DNA from: an uncultured Ignavibacteriaceae bacterium
GTDB lineage: Bacteria; Bacteroidota; Ignavibacteria; UBA10030
Reading direction: 5' to 3'
NCBI GenBank assembly: GCA_964651225.1
Contig: CAZYYD010000014.1
Location: forward strand, 798 to 64,797
DNA: 64,000 bases
Part shown: piece by piece, positions 19,299-30,016 of the stretch
How the letters are laid out: every line of letters begins with the position of its first letter
Numbering within the stretch: position 1 is the stretch's first letter
Notes under the pieces: generated by a model
Databases searched by the model: none
The model's input: only the letters and a program-made list of their open reading frames with translations
What the model was told of the DNA's origin: nothing
Made by a program: the position numbers and the translations under genes

Positions 19299-22200
19299 AT
19301 GGGAAGCAATCTTGATCAAGTCATAAGTTCGATAGATCCGCTGTGGGTCGAACATGGGTACGGGAACCGGTTCCAGGGTTTCCAGAACTTGATGCGCATC
19401 CGTATCAGTAATGTACTCCTTGTCTCCAGCCTCTACGATCTCTATTTATTTGAAGAAGATGGCCGCCTCTATGAACTTATCCGTAATGAATATGAAGGAT
19501 TCAACCTCAGCCATGCTCCTGAACTGACGCGCGTTTCCAGCGGCCAAGACGCAATTGCACTCGCCAAAGAAGAACGCCGCTTCGACCTCATCGTTACCAC
19601 GCTTCACATTGATGATATGCATGCCATTGATTTTGCACGAATGGTCAAGGAATCAGGGTTAAACATTCCAATTGTACTCCTCGCTCATGACAACCGCGAA
19701 TTGAAATACCTGCTCATGAACCATGATACATCGGTGTTCACCAAAGTCTTTATCTGGCAGGGTGATTTCCGTATCATTATTGCGATCATTAAATTTCTCG
19801 AAGATCGATTGAACATTGAACACGATACACACATTGTTGGTGTGCAAACGATCATCGTGATTGAAGATGACGTCAGGCAGTACTCGTCGATTCTGCCGAT
19901 CATTTATACAGAAATTCTCAAACAATCCCAGCGGCTCATATCGGAAGGAATTAATCTGAGCCACAAGTTCCTCCGGATGAGGGCTCGCCCAAAAATACTG
20001 CTTTGTCATACGTATGAGGAGGCATGGAAGGTCTATCGGCGATATACCGAGTTTATCCTGGGTATTATTTCGGATATTGATTTTCCGCACCGTGGTATTC
20101 AGGATCCACAAGCCGGTCTTGAATTTGCCCAGCATGTGAAGAAGAAACAATCCGACTTGCCTATTTTGCTTCTTTCCAATGGATCCGAGAATCAACAACG
20201 TGCGCATGAAGCAGGTGCTTCGTTCATCTTAAAGGATTCTCCGCAGTTCTTGCAGGAATTGCGTCAGTTTATGATTCGCTACTTCAGCTTTGGCGATTTT
20301 ATTTTTCGTCTGAAAGATGGTACGGAAGTCGGCCGGGCAAGTGATATGAAAAGTATGGAAGATGTGCTTCGAGTCGTTCCGGAAGAGAGTATTCGATTCC
20401 ATGCAGAAAGAAATCATTTCTCCAACTGGTTGAAGGCACGGACAGAGTTCTGGCTGGCAGATAAATTGCGGCCGCGGAAAGTCTCAGATTACCCCACGGT
20501 CGAAGGGCTGCGAAAAGATTTGATAACGTCACTTCATCAATATCGGAACATTCGGCAGAGGGGGATCATTGCTGATTTTTCAAAGGATACGTTTGATCCC
20601 GAATCAAGTTTTGCCCGAATTGGCGGCGGATCGCTCGGTGGAAAGGCGCGCGGGCTGGGATTTGTGAACACACTCATCAATGATTATAATGTCCGCGACC
20701 GGTTTGAAGGAGTGAGGATTTATGTTCCCTCTGCTGTCGTCATTGCGACTGATGTTTTTGATCAATTTCTTGATGAGAATGAGCTCCGTGACTTTGCATT
20801 CCATTGTCAAGATGATCGAGAGATCACTAAAAGATTTCTTGCAGCAGAAAAATTTCCGTCAGATATCTTGGCAGATTTGTCGGCATTTCTTGAAGTAGTC
20901 CATATGCCGCTCGCAGTACGTTCATCGAGCTTGCTGGAGGATTCACAATACCACCCCTTTGCCGGTGTGTACGAAACATACATGATTCCCAATATTCATC
21001 AAAATCCACTTGCACGGCTTAACGATCTGCTCAATAGTATCAAGCGTGTCTACGCTTCGACGTTTTACAAGAGCTCAAAAGAATATATTGGGATAACTTC
21101 ATACCGTCTTGAAGAAGAGAAAATGGCTGTCATTGTTCAGAAGTTAGCAGGGAAGACGCATGACAATCGGTATTATCCTGATATCTCCGGTGTGGCAAAA
21201 TCCTACAATTTTTATCCTGTCTCACCTCAGAAGTCATCAGATGGAACGGTCTCGGTTGCGCTAGGTCTTGGTAAATGGGTTGTTGATGGCGGCAATACTA
21301 TTCGCTTCTGTCCCAAATACCCGACAGATATCCTGCAATTTCATTCTGTAAAAGAAACATTAAACAGTACACAGCGGTCTTTCTTTTCTCTGGAATTGGA
21401 TGCAAATGCTGACTTTGGTTCGGAAACACATGATATGATGGTACAGCAGCACGAACTCGAAGTAGCTGAGCAGGACAAGGTGCTACAGTATGTAGGATCC
21501 ACCTATTCTACAGAGAATGATGTAATTTATACAGGACTGAGTCGTCAAGGTATACGCGTCATAACATTTGCACCGATTCTTCAGAACAATTTGATCCCGA
21601 TCCCTCAAATTGTGGAATTATTATTGGATATGGGCGTTTGGGGAATGGGAACGCCTGTCGAAATAGAATTTGCTGTCAACTTTCCTAAACCGGAGAGGAA
21701 TATCGTCGAGTTTGCTCTCCTTCAAATGCGGCCGCTGGTTATTCATCGGGAGCCGGAGGAATATTTGGTAGAAGCTACAGATCGTTCTACTATTCTCTGT
21801 CAGAGTGATCAGGTACTCGGGCATGGAGTTATTGAAGGAGTACGGGATATCGTTCTCGTGGACTATCATCGTTATGACCGCGGGAAAAGCCGCGAGGTAG
21901 CAAGAGAAGTAGCACTGTTCAATTCGCAGCTTATATCTGAGAATAGATCCTATCTCCTGATCGGTGTCGGTCGCTGGGGTTCCTTTGATCCATGGTTAGG
22001 TATTCCGGTCACATGGGAACAGATTGCCGGCGCAAAGGCGATTATTGAGACGGGGTTCAAGGATTTCGATGTGACACCTTCGCAAGGCTCGCATTTCTTT
22101 CACAATATTACTGCATTTATGGTTGGATATTTTACCATCAACGAGCATAAGCAGCAAGGATTTCTCGATTGGGATTGGGTCCTGAAGCAGACTCCGAATA

Positions 22201-22313
22201 CTCAGAAAGAGTACACAAAGTTGATCCGATTCGATACCCCTCTTACCATTCGCATCAACGGACATCAAAGCAAAGGGATGATCTTAAAGCCGGAGGCGTA
22301 CCATGGGCACTGA
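19299..22313 (+). CDS. receiver-domain / PEP-pyruvate-binding (PPDK_N ATP-grasp) hybrid protein
   Basis: Receiver-like segments (NVLLVSS...FDLIVTT; IIVIEDD...GIISDIDF); ATP-grasp motifs GGKARGL, LAVRSSSLLEDS..FAGVYET, MAVIVQ, LLQMRP; C-terminal SQGSHFFHN. Confidence 0.85.
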   Translation: MGSNLDQVISSIDPLWVEHGYGNRFQGFQNLMRIRISNVLLVSSLYDLYLFEEDGRLYELIRNEYEGFNLSHAPELTRVSSGQDAIALAKEERRFDLIVTTLHIDDMHAIDFARMVKESGLNIPIVLLAHDNRELKYLLMNHDTSVFTKVFIWQGDFRIIIAIIKFLEDRLNIEHDTHIVGVQTIIVIEDDVRQYSSILPIIYTEILKQSQRLISEGINLSHKFLRMRARPKILLCHTYEEAWKVYRRYTEFILGIISDIDFPHRGIQDPQAGLEFAQHVKKKQSDLPILLLSNGSENQQRAHEAGASFILKDSPQFLQELRQFMIRYFSFGDFIFRLKDGTEVGRASDMKSMEDVLRVVPEESIRFHAERNHFSNWLKARTEFWLADKLRPRKVSDYPTVEGLRKDLITSLHQYRNIRQRGIIADFSKDTFDPESSFARIGGGSLGGKARGLGFVNTLINDYNVRDRFEGVRIYVPSAVVIATDVFDQFLDENELRDFAFHCQDDREITKRFLAAEKFPSDILADLSAFLEVVHMPLAVRSSSLLEDSQYHPFAGVYETYMIPNIHQNPLARLNDLLNSIKRVYASTFYKSSKEYIGITSYRLEEEKMAVIVQKLAGKTHDNRYYPDISGVAKSYNFYPVSPQKSSDGTVSVALGLGKWVVDGGNTIRFCPKYPTDILQFHSVKETLNSTQRSFFSLELDANADFGSETHDMMVQQHELEVAEQDKVLQYVGSTYSTENDVIYTGLSRQGIRVITFAPILQNNLIPIPQIVELLLDMGVWGMGTPVEIEFAVNFPKPERNIVEFALLQMRPLVIHREPEEYLVEATDRSTILCQSDQVLGHGVIEGVRDIVLVDYHRYDRGKSREVAREVALFNSQLISENRSYLLIGVGRWGSFDPWLGIPVTWEQIAGAKAIIETGFKDFDVTPSQGSHFFHNITAFMVGYFTINEHKQQGFLDWDWVLKQTPNTQKEYTKLIRFDTPLTIRINGHQSKGMILKPEAYHGH

Positions 22314-22500
22314 GAACCCTGAAGAGCATACGGTATTCAATACCTGTCCACACTGCGGTCAGAAACTGAGTCCATGGCAGCAAGTCCTCCTGAATGTCGA
22401 TCGTGCTTTAATGTGTAAGAATTGTTGGTACAGAATTATTTTAGACTCGGAAGAAGGACCGGACACACCGAATGGTCAATCTCCGACGCAGAAGGAGTAA
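22303..22500 (+). CDS. small Zn-finger protein (CPHC...CKNC)
   Basis: GGAGG RBS. Overlaps the upstream stop and ends 3 nt before the next ATG. Two CxxC motifs. Confidence 0.65.
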   Translation: MGTENPEEHTVFNTCPHCGQKLSPWQQVLLNVDRALMCKNCWYRIILDSEEGPDTPNGQSPTQKE

Positions 22501-22503
22501 CCC

Positions 22504-23751
22504 ATGCAATCGTACAATTCATTCACTGTTCTCCAGCAGCAAATAACGGATGCAGCCAAGATTCTCAATCTTGATCAGGCAACGACATCATTGCTTCTCT
22601 GGCCGCAGCGGGAATATAAATTTACTATGCCGGTGCGTATGGATACGGGAGAAGTGAAAGTTTTCCACGGATATCGTATTCAGTATAATTCAGCCCGCGG
22701 GCCTGCCAAAGGGGGAATCCGCTTTCACCCGAACGAAACAGTGGATACGATCCGGGCACTTGCCGGGTGGATGACGTGGAAAACGGCAGTTCTTGATCTG
22801 CCGCTTGGCGGCGGCAAAGGAGGTGTTGTCTGCAATCCGAGGGAAATGTCTGAGCGTGAACTGGAAAATCTTTCACGAGCTTATATCCGTGCTGTTCTCC
22901 AATATATTGGTGTTGATAAAGATGTACCGGCACCGGACGTTTACACAAATCCGCAGACAATGGCATGGATGATGGATGAATATGAGACGTTGATGCAGAC
23001 GCACCAGCCCGGTGTGATGACGGACAAACCACAACAAATCGGAGGAACGCAGGGAAGACGCGATGCAACTGCACGGGGCGGTGTTATCGCAGTGAGGGAA
23101 GCCTGCCAGGCACTTAATGTAGATCCAACGGGTCCCTTCGCCATACAGGGTTTTGGAAATGCCGGACAGCGAGCGGCGTTGTTGCATCAAGAGCTGCTGA
23201 ATGGAGGGCGGCTCGTATCAGTGTGCGATTCGCGCGGCGGTATTTATAACCCTGATGGATTGAATCCGAAAGAACTTGTGACGCATAAACTCAAAACAGG
23301 GACAGTGGTCGGTTTTCCAGGCGCAAAAAATATTCCTAAGGAATCTGTCCTGAATCTTAATGTTGACATTCTCTATCCGGCTGCATTGGAAAACTCCATT
23401 AACGAAGAGAATGCAGGAGACATCAAGGCAAAGATTGTCTGTGAACTTGCCAACGGTCCAACAACACCGGAAGCGGACTTGATTCTTCACAAACGCGGTA
23501 TCCACGTTATACCTGATATTCTCGCAAGCGGCGGTGGAGTGACCGTCTCGTATTTTGAGATGGTGCAGGACAAATATTCCTTTTTCTGGGATGAAAAGAT
23601 CGTTCACGAACGATTAGATGAGAGAATGCGAAAAGCCTATTTGACGATGCAGGAGGCCATCCGTGAAAAAAAGACCCATCCGCGACTTGCAGCAATGGTT
23701 GTAGGCGTTGCGCGTGTAGCAGAGGCCTGCAAGCTGCGCGGCTGGGTATGA
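22504..23751 (+). CDS. Glu/Leu/Phe/Val dehydrogenase (second GDH, GudB/archaeal-like type)
   Basis: RGPAKGGIRFHP, MTWK, GGGKGG, DVPAPDV, IQGFGNAG, ELANGPTT, PDILASGGGVTVSYFE. Confidence 0.93.
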   Translation: MQSYNSFTVLQQQITDAAKILNLDQATTSLLLWPQREYKFTMPVRMDTGEVKVFHGYRIQYNSARGPAKGGIRFHPNETVDTIRALAGWMTWKTAVLDLPLGGGKGGVVCNPREMSERELENLSRAYIRAVLQYIGVDKDVPAPDVYTNPQTMAWMMDEYETLMQTHQPGVMTDKPQQIGGTQGRRDATARGGVIAVREACQALNVDPTGPFAIQGFGNAGQRAALLHQELLNGGRLVSVCDSRGGIYNPDGLNPKELVTHKLKTGTVVGFPGAKNIPKESVLNLNVDILYPAALENSINEENAGDIKAKIVCELANGPTTPEADLILHKRGIHVIPDILASGGGVTVSYFEMVQDKYSFFWDEKIVHERLDERMRKAYLTMQEAIREKKTHPRLAAMVVGVARVAEACKLRGWV

Positions 23752-24015
23752 TGAAGGAAGTCAACACGCTGAATCTGTTATTTTGAATCGATGGCCAAAA
23801 GTATTTTCTGGTCCCCCATCACCGAACAGAAGGTATCTCATAATATCGTCGTTAATCTGATTGGGGACGAATCATCATGATTTCTGTTTGGAGTTTGTAC
23901 TATCGCCAGTAGTCAGGCAAGAAGAGTTACGCAAGTCCACAAGAGGAGGTGTTTCAAGAGGAGTTTGTTCTAATAAAATCCTTCAATTCAAACTGCCTTT
24001 CTATAGAATCCTTCA

Positions 24016-25251
24016 TCATTCTGCTTTTTCGAAGCATAACGTGGCATTAGTCCCTCCGAATCCGAAGCTGTTGGAAAGCGCGTACTGGACCTCTTGCCGC
24101 CGTGCGATATTGGGAACGTAATCAAGATCGCATTCCGAATCGGGAGTATCAAGATTGATGGTGGGAGGGATGATTCCCTCGCGCATCGCGAGAATAGTGA
24201 ATGCCGCTTCCACAGCACCGGTTCCGCCAAGGAGATGCCCGGTCATCGATTTGTTTGCGCTGATAGCAATCTTGAAAGCGTGCGAGTTGAACACCGCTTT
24301 GATTGCCCGTGTTTCGGCGATGTCACCTAGATGGGTCGCTGTGCCATGCGCGTTGATGTGGTCGATCTGCTCCGGCCGGAGTCCTGCGAATTTCAGCGCG
24401 CGCATCATTGAGAGCTGTGTTCCTTCGCCATGTTCAGGAGGTGCTGTGATGTGATGAGCATCTGCGCTCATACCGCAGCTGAGGATGCGTGCATAGATCC
24501 GTGCCCCGCGCGACAGTGCGAAATTCTCTTCTTCCAGGATCAGCACACCTGCTCCTTCACTGAGAACAAATCCGTCACGGTCTTTGTCAAATGGACGGGA
24601 TGCTTTCGTTGGTTCGCTGTTTCGATGCGACATGGCGCGAGCAGCGCAAAATCCAGCGATCCCGAGTTCGGTGATGGAGGCTTCTGTCCCTCCAACGATC
24701 ATCGCTTCCGCTTCCCCCCGGAGGATTGCATGGAATCCATCAGCGATGGCATGATTACTGGAGGCACAGGCAGAGACGACAGAGTAGTTCGGACCTCGCG
24801 CCCCAGTACGGATGGCGAGATATCCAGAAGTCATATTGATGATTGCACTGGGAATGAAGAACGGTGTTACCATCCGCGGTCCATCGTGAGCAAGCGCGAG
24901 TACTGTCTCACTGATCGTCGAAATGCCGCCGATCCCGGAACCGATGATGATACCCACCAGATCAGCTCGTTCAGGTGTTATCTCGAAAGAAGCATCCTTC
25001 AGCGCATCGAGAGAAGCAGCTACGGCATACTGGATAGAGAGATCGTATCGCTTGACATCCTTTGGACCGAAATATTTGAGCGGATCAAAGCCCTTCACTT
25101 CACCGGCGATCTGTGTCGGATATTTCTCCGGATTGAAACGAGTAATAGGTCCAATACCTGAAGTACCAGCGATGCACTTCTTCCATGATTCTCCGGTAGA
25201 CAAACCCAGTGGTGTAATTAAACCGATACCTGTGACTACTACACGTCTCAT
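24016..25251 (-). CDS. fabF: 3-oxoacyl-ACP synthase II
   Basis: RRVVVTGIG, VSACASS, INAHGTAT, KSMTGHLLG, SNSFGFGGTN. Confidence 0.95.
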   Translation of the reverse strand: MRRVVVTGIGLITPLGLSTGESWKKCIAGTSGIGPITRFNPEKYPTQIAGEVKGFDPLKYFGPKDVKRYDLSIQYAVAASLDALKDASFEITPERADLVGIIIGSGIGGISTISETVLALAHDGPRMVTPFFIPSAIINMTSGYLAIRTGARGPNYSVVSACASSNHAIADGFHAILRGEAEAMIVGGTEASITELGIAGFCAARAMSHRNSEPTKASRPFDKDRDGFVLSEGAGVLILEEENFALSRGARIYARILSCGMSADAHHITAPPEHGEGTQLSMMRALKFAGLRPEQIDHINAHGTATHLGDIAETRAIKAVFNSHAFKIAISANKSMTGHLLGGTGAVEAAFTILAMREGIIPPTINLDTPDSECDLDYVPNIARRQEVQYALSNSFGFGGTNATLCFEKAE

Positions 25252-25615
25252 ACGATCTCATTTTTCTGATGCTGTAAACGAACATCTTCTCGATGGCCGG
25301 AAAGATAACAGGTTTTTAAGGTGAACACAAGTAAAGGCGAAGGATCCATCAGTATGCCTTCCAATCACAAAATCCATAATATGTTGCACACAATAGAAAC
25401 TAATGTCGTGTACATTATTACCTGATCTAAAGCCAAAGCTTCGAAATGCATCTTTCACTTTTGGAAAATATTTTGTATCCTATTTGTAGTTAAAACCGAT
25501 ACCAATGCATACTAATGGATAACATCTGTTACCATTTTATAATCCTAAGTTGATAAAAATGGATTGTTGATCGAATGAAGGCGAAAAAACTACGACGAAT
25601 ACTAAATAAAAACAC

Positions 25616-25689
25616 GCACCCGTAGCTCAATTGGATAGAGCATCAGACTTCGGATCTGAGGGTTGGGGGTTCGACTCCCTCCGGGTGCA
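25616..25689 (+). tRNA. tRNA-Arg (anticodon UCG)
   Basis: Cloverleaf: GCACCCG/CGGGTGC acceptor stem, TAGCTCAATTGGATAGAGC D-arm, TCAGA-CTTCGGA-TCTGA anticodon arm, GGTTCGACTCC T-arm. CCA not encoded. Confidence 0.95.
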
Positions 25690-25747
25690 CGAACCATCGT
25701 CTCCATCGTTTCTCAAAATAAAAAAGAGCTCAGTGATTGACTCCGTA

Positions 25748-25775
25748 AAGAAAAGCCCCATCATAGATGGGGCTT
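25748..25775 (-). terminator. intrinsic terminator of the pilin-like gene
   Basis: AAGCCCCATC-ata-GATGGGGCTT perfect 10-bp stem, with a U-rich tail on the - strand. Confidence 0.7.
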
Positions 25776-25881
25776 CGTGTGATGTTCTTTATGCTCTCCA
25801 ATACATTCCAAACATTTCGAAAGAAAAATGGAAAGTACTAGAATGTTTTATTCAATATCCGCTAATAATTCTATCGGTGAC

Positions 25882-26265
25882 TTATAGGAAATCACCAGCA
25901 AAAGTCCATCCGGTTAATCTGCCTTCGGAATTGACGGTGACGGTGACCGTGTTCGAGGCATTTTGGGCTGATGTAGCTACAACCTCAACGCTGCCTGCAG
26001 CTGGTGTGGCGACATAGGTCGCGTTTTCATTTGTTGCCATTTTAGTGGGCAGTTTATAGCCCGGATAATCTCCACCGCCGCCAGCCATCGATGCAGGGCG
26101 AATCTTATACTGGTATGCATGTGCTGCAATATTGTTGAGATCGTTGATGATGGCATCTTTATTTGCCTGAATGCTTTGTGCACTGAAGAGGCTCAATCCA
26201 ACGGCGATCGCGATGCCGACGATGATAACACCGAGGATGATAAGTAGCAGTTGTTGTTGACCCAT
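25882..26265 (-). CDS. pilin-like protein with a class III signal-peptide-like N-terminus
   Basis: MG-QQQLLLIILGVIIVGIAIAVG hydrophobic helix, then amphipathic NKDAIINDLNNIAAHAYQY, then a small beta-rich head; GGGGA RBS. Confidence 0.7.
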   Translation of the reverse strand: MGQQQLLLIILGVIIVGIAIAVGLSLFSAQSIQANKDAIINDLNNIAAHAYQYKIRPASMAGGGGDYPGYKLPTKMATNENATYVATPAAGSVEVVATSAQNASNTVTVTVNSEGRLTGWTFAGDFL

Positions 26266-26504
26266 GATGAAATCCCCATAAAAATGTTAGTGAATTTGTG
26301 AGATAAACAGCATTGAATAGACAGGTCTTATCGAAAATTAAGTCTGTGAAAAAATATTTTTTCATAAACCGGAGAATTCGAAAGGTCTATGGAAGGAAAG
26401 TAGTTCAGCTCAACTATTCGATTGACTCTGAAAAACACTTTTCGACATGACCCACCCCCCAAAAAAGGAATTACCCGGCAGAGATCCTACCTAATAGCTG
26501 CAGA

Positions 26505-26533
26505 ATCCTACACTTAATTCATTTGAGAATCAA
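26505..26533 (-). promoter_or_regulatory. putative sigma70 promoter of the pilin-like gene
   Basis: TTGATT-N17-TAGGAT on the - strand. Confidence 0.45.
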
Positions 26534-26846
26534 GCACTAATAAAAAGAAGTAATATTCACGGTATTAATGACCCTATCAAGAGATTCAACAGATAGAGAG
26601 AATGATCGAGTGTTTCATTAATTTTCCGTGGAAAAAATATTTTCAGGAATGTTCGGGAAAAAATTCAAATTTCTTTATACTTTCTTAATATTTGTATATG
26701 GACGTAATGAGTTGCGCTGTACCGCCTCGAATGGTATATTTCACAAAGCATTCCTGTATGATGAGATTTTGTACATAGGCTGGAAGGATCTGTCGGTGAC
26801 CAAAGGTGTATTGTTTATCATACATTTGAACAATGATGGAGGTTCT

Positions 26847-29249
26847 ATGAAATCTGCAGTGCGATTTTATTTTCTTGTCTTTTTCATATCCACGTTTACA
26901 TTTGCACAAACCCGGTATAAACTGCCTCCCAAGGAAATCGTGGACATCCTTGATGCACCGCCAGCACCTTTCGTTATTGTAAGCCCGACAAAAAATGCGA
27001 TGCTGTTTGTCGAGTATCGGCCCAATCCATCTCTTGAGTTTATCGCCCAACCCATCCTCCGCCTTGCAGGGGTCCGGATTTCGCCCCGGCTCTCAGCAGG
27101 TCAGCGTATCACGCAATACATCGGTGCCACAGTGAAACATTTTGACTTAAGAAAAGATGTTCGAATTCAAATCCCGCCGAAATCGAATATCGGTATCCCT
27201 GCCTGGTCGTATGACGGCATGAAGCTCGCTTTTACGCTCGATGTTCAGGATGGTGTGGAATTGTGGATAGCTGATGCATCGACAGGGAAGGCACATGCTC
27301 TTCCCGATATTCGTGTGAATGATGTAATCGATTCACCGTTTGAATGGATGAGCGATAACCAGACGCTGTTAGTTTGTGCAATTGTAAAAAACCGAGGAAA
27401 AGTACCTGAAGCGCCGATCGTCCCGTCTGGTCCCAATGTAGAAGAGACATATGGCAAAATTTCAAAAACAGCGACGTATCAAGATTTGCTGAAATCACCG
27501 TACGATGAACAACTCTTTGAATATTATGCGACCTCGCAGCTTGTTCTGGTGAACACAGCCTCGGGCAAAGTACAAATCATAGGTAAACCCGGGATGTTCA
27601 TCTCTTCGGAATTCTCTCCCGACAACCGGTTTCTCCTTGTCACGAAACTTACACACCCATTTTCGTACCGCGTGACATGCGATGATTTTGCACGGACCAT
27701 TGAGATCTGGGACGCAAAAGGAAGTTTGGTGAAGACTATTGCAAGCTTTCCTGTGACGGACGAGATACCAACGCAGGGAGTGCAAACCGGTCCAAGGAAT
27801 GTGCAATGGCAGCCATTGTACGACGCAAAACTGCTTTGGGTTGAAGCACTGGATGGAGGCGATCCGATCAAAAGAGTTCCATTTCGCGAAAAGGTTATGA
27901 CGCTGAACACACCGTTCAACTCGGATCCTAGCGAGGTAATGAAACTCCAGCACCGCTACGCAGGATTTCAGTGGTTCGCTATAAAAGATGAAGCGCTCGT
28001 GATGGAATATGACCGGGATCGCAGATGGCGAACCACCACATGGATCTCATTGACTGATACTTCAAGGAAGAGAGTTATTTTCGATTTGAGTGTCAATGAT
28101 GCTTACAAAGATCCGGGACGCCCGGTAATGCAGACGGATAAAAGGGGCACGATAACCATTTCGCAAGATGGCGACTGGATCTATCTTGCAGGACAGGGAG
28201 CATCGGAAAAAGGAGACAGGCCTTTTCTCGACAGAATGAATCTTTTATCCAAAGAAACACAGAGACTATTCCGTTCCGATGAAAAGAGTTTTGAACGATT
28301 TATCTCGTTTGTGAGCGGTTCTCGAACGAAGATCCTGACGAGATACGAAAGCAAAATCATGCCGCCGAACTATTTTCTTCTCAACGTGGAAGACGGATCG
28401 AAAGAAGCATTAACGGACTTCAAGGATCCGGCTCCCCAAATGACAGGAATGAGAAAGGAACTCATGAAGTATAAGCGGCCCGATGGTGTCCCGCTGTCAG
28501 GAACGCTGTATCTGCCTCCCGGCTATAAGGAGGGTGCCAGGCTTCCCCTTCTTCTCTGGGCATATCCACTGGAATATTCTGATGCCAGCACAGCGGGTCA
28601 GGTTCGCGGTTCGACGAATACTTTCACCTTCTTCCGCGGTACATCGCCGCTTTTCTTTGTCACGCAGGGTTATGCTGTTCTCATGGATGCAACCATGCCT
28701 GTTGTCGGTGATCCGGAAACAATGAACAATACATTTGTTGAGCAAATTGTTGCTGCAGCAAAGGCCGCTATCGATACACTCGATGCGCTGGGTATTATCG
28801 ATCGCCATCGCGTTGCAGTGGGCGGACATAGTTATGGTGCATTCATGACAGCAAATCTCCTGGCACATTCAGACCTGTTTGCTGCCGGCATCGCTCGAAG
28901 CGGTGCCTATAACCGTTCCTTGACCCCGTTCGGATTTCAAAGCGAGCGCCGTTCATTTTGGGAAGCAACAGATATCTATATGAAGGTTTCACCATTTACA
29001 TTCGCTCATAAAATTAAAGTACCGCTTCTGATAATCCACGGTGAAGCAGATAATAACACAGGGACTTTCCCGATCCAATCGGAACGGTTGTTCAATGCGA
29101 TCAAGGGGAATGGTGGAACAGCGCGATTGGTAATGTTGCCGTTTGAATCGCATGGCTATTCCGCTCGTGAATCGGTTCTAGATGTTCTCGCAGAAAGTTT
29201 TGGGTGGGCCGATAAATTTGTAAAGAATAGACCGGCAGAAAGTAAGTAG
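26847..29249 (+). CDS. secreted S9-family peptidase (glutamyl-endopeptidase-like)
   Basis: GGAGG RBS before ATG 26847; signal peptide ending TFA-Q; GGHSYG nucleophile, IHGEADNN, ESHGY. Confidence 0.9.
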   Translation: MKSAVRFYFLVFFISTFTFAQTRYKLPPKEIVDILDAPPAPFVIVSPTKNAMLFVEYRPNPSLEFIAQPILRLAGVRISPRLSAGQRITQYIGATVKHFDLRKDVRIQIPPKSNIGIPAWSYDGMKLAFTLDVQDGVELWIADASTGKAHALPDIRVNDVIDSPFEWMSDNQTLLVCAIVKNRGKVPEAPIVPSGPNVEETYGKISKTATYQDLLKSPYDEQLFEYYATSQLVLVNTASGKVQIIGKPGMFISSEFSPDNRFLLVTKLTHPFSYRVTCDDFARTIEIWDAKGSLVKTIASFPVTDEIPTQGVQTGPRNVQWQPLYDAKLLWVEALDGGDPIKRVPFREKVMTLNTPFNSDPSEVMKLQHRYAGFQWFAIKDEALVMEYDRDRRWRTTTWISLTDTSRKRVIFDLSVNDAYKDPGRPVMQTDKRGTITISQDGDWIYLAGQGASEKGDRPFLDRMNLLSKETQRLFRSDEKSFERFISFVSGSRTKILTRYESKIMPPNYFLLNVEDGSKEALTDFKDPAPQMTGMRKELMKYKRPDGVPLSGTLYLPPGYKEGARLPLLLWAYPLEYSDASTAGQVRGSTNTFTFFRGTSPLFFVTQGYAVLMDATMPVVGDPETMNNTFVEQIVAAAKAAIDTLDALGIIDRHRVAVGGHSYGAFMTANLLAHSDLFAAGIARSGAYNRSLTPFGFQSERRSFWEATDIYMKVSPFTFAHKIKVPLLIIHGEADNNTGTFPIQSERLFNAIKGNGGTARLVMLPFESHGYSARESVLDVLAESFGWADKFVKNRPAESK

Positions 29250-29296
29250 AAACCATCAAGAGAGGAAGGGGAGAGTTATCTCGCCTTCAATACTCC

Positions 29297-30016
29297 ATGA
29301 AGCAGGAAAATCTAAACATCCAACCTATAGGCGTCATTCATACACCATTTCACTCGAAATATAGCGCACCACGCCAGCCTGCTTCAGCAATGGGGAAAAC
29401 AGTCGGAATCATAACGCTTTCGGAACATAGGAATTTCGAGCAGGCGCTTGAGGACATTGAAGGATTTGAGTATGTGTGGGTGATATTCTGGTTTCACAAG
29501 AATAAAAACTGGAAAGCCAAAGTTCTTCCGCCGTATGGTGGAAGAAAAAAGCGGGGCCTTTTCTCGACCCGATCACCTCATCGTCCTAATCCGATAGGAT
29601 TATCGCTCTGCAAACTTCTCACTGTCAGCGGCAGGAAAATCCGGATAGAAAATCCTGATATGCTGGATGGTACACCTATTCTGGATATCAAGCCTTATAT
29701 ACCACACGCTGAGTCATTTCCTCACGCACGTGCAGGATGGATTGACGAGTCGAACGAACAGACGGCAGCGCCGTATAGAGTCACTTTCACGCCGAGAGTG
29801 AAACGGATATTGAATGAGATGGAAGAGCGCGAAAACCGTGAAGTACGCACGTACCTCACAAACATACTTGCCCATGATCCGCATCCGCATGGTTACCGGC
29901 GGATTAAAGTCTTGGAGAATGGTACTTCGATGATCGCTGTAAAACATTGGCGATTCACTTTTAAAATCGATGAAATGTCTGTACGGATTCTCGATGGAAT
30001 GCTGTATCATGAATAA
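29297..30016 (+). CDS. tsaA: tRNA (t6A37-N6)-methyltransferase TrmO
   Basis: [43 protein letters not shown]. Confidence 0.9.
   Translation: MKQENLNIQPIGVIHTPFHSKYSAPRQPASAMGKTVGIITLSEHRNFEQALEDIEGFEYVWVIFWFHKNKNWKAKVLPPYGGRKKRGLFSTRSPHRPNPIGLSLCKLLTVSGRKIRIENPDMLDGTPILDIKPYIPHAESFPHARAGWIDESNEQTAAPYRVTFTPRVKRILNEMEERENREVRTYLTNILAHDPHPHGYRRIKVLENGTSMIAVKHWRFTFKIDEMSVRILDGMLYHE

Noticed and set aside
19299-22313. Calling the 1004-aa protein ppsA/ppdK or a histidine kinase
   Set aside because: No PEP-utilising C-terminal barrel and no HisKA/HATPase boxes.
23765-23870. c-di-AMP riboswitch-like words (GCTGAATC, GTTAATC, GGGG)
   Set aside because: Wrong order and strand, and located between convergent genes.
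25631-26017. 128-aa ORF overlapping tRNA-Arg(UCG)
   Set aside because: Spurious: it spans the tRNA, a terminator and the antisense of the pilin-like gene.
26628-26846. N-terminal extensions in the ORF track (also 37766, 47285, 54294, 8387, 13550)
   Set aside because: Downstream ATGs have the RBS and signal peptide or family N-terminus; some extensions run through predicted promoters.
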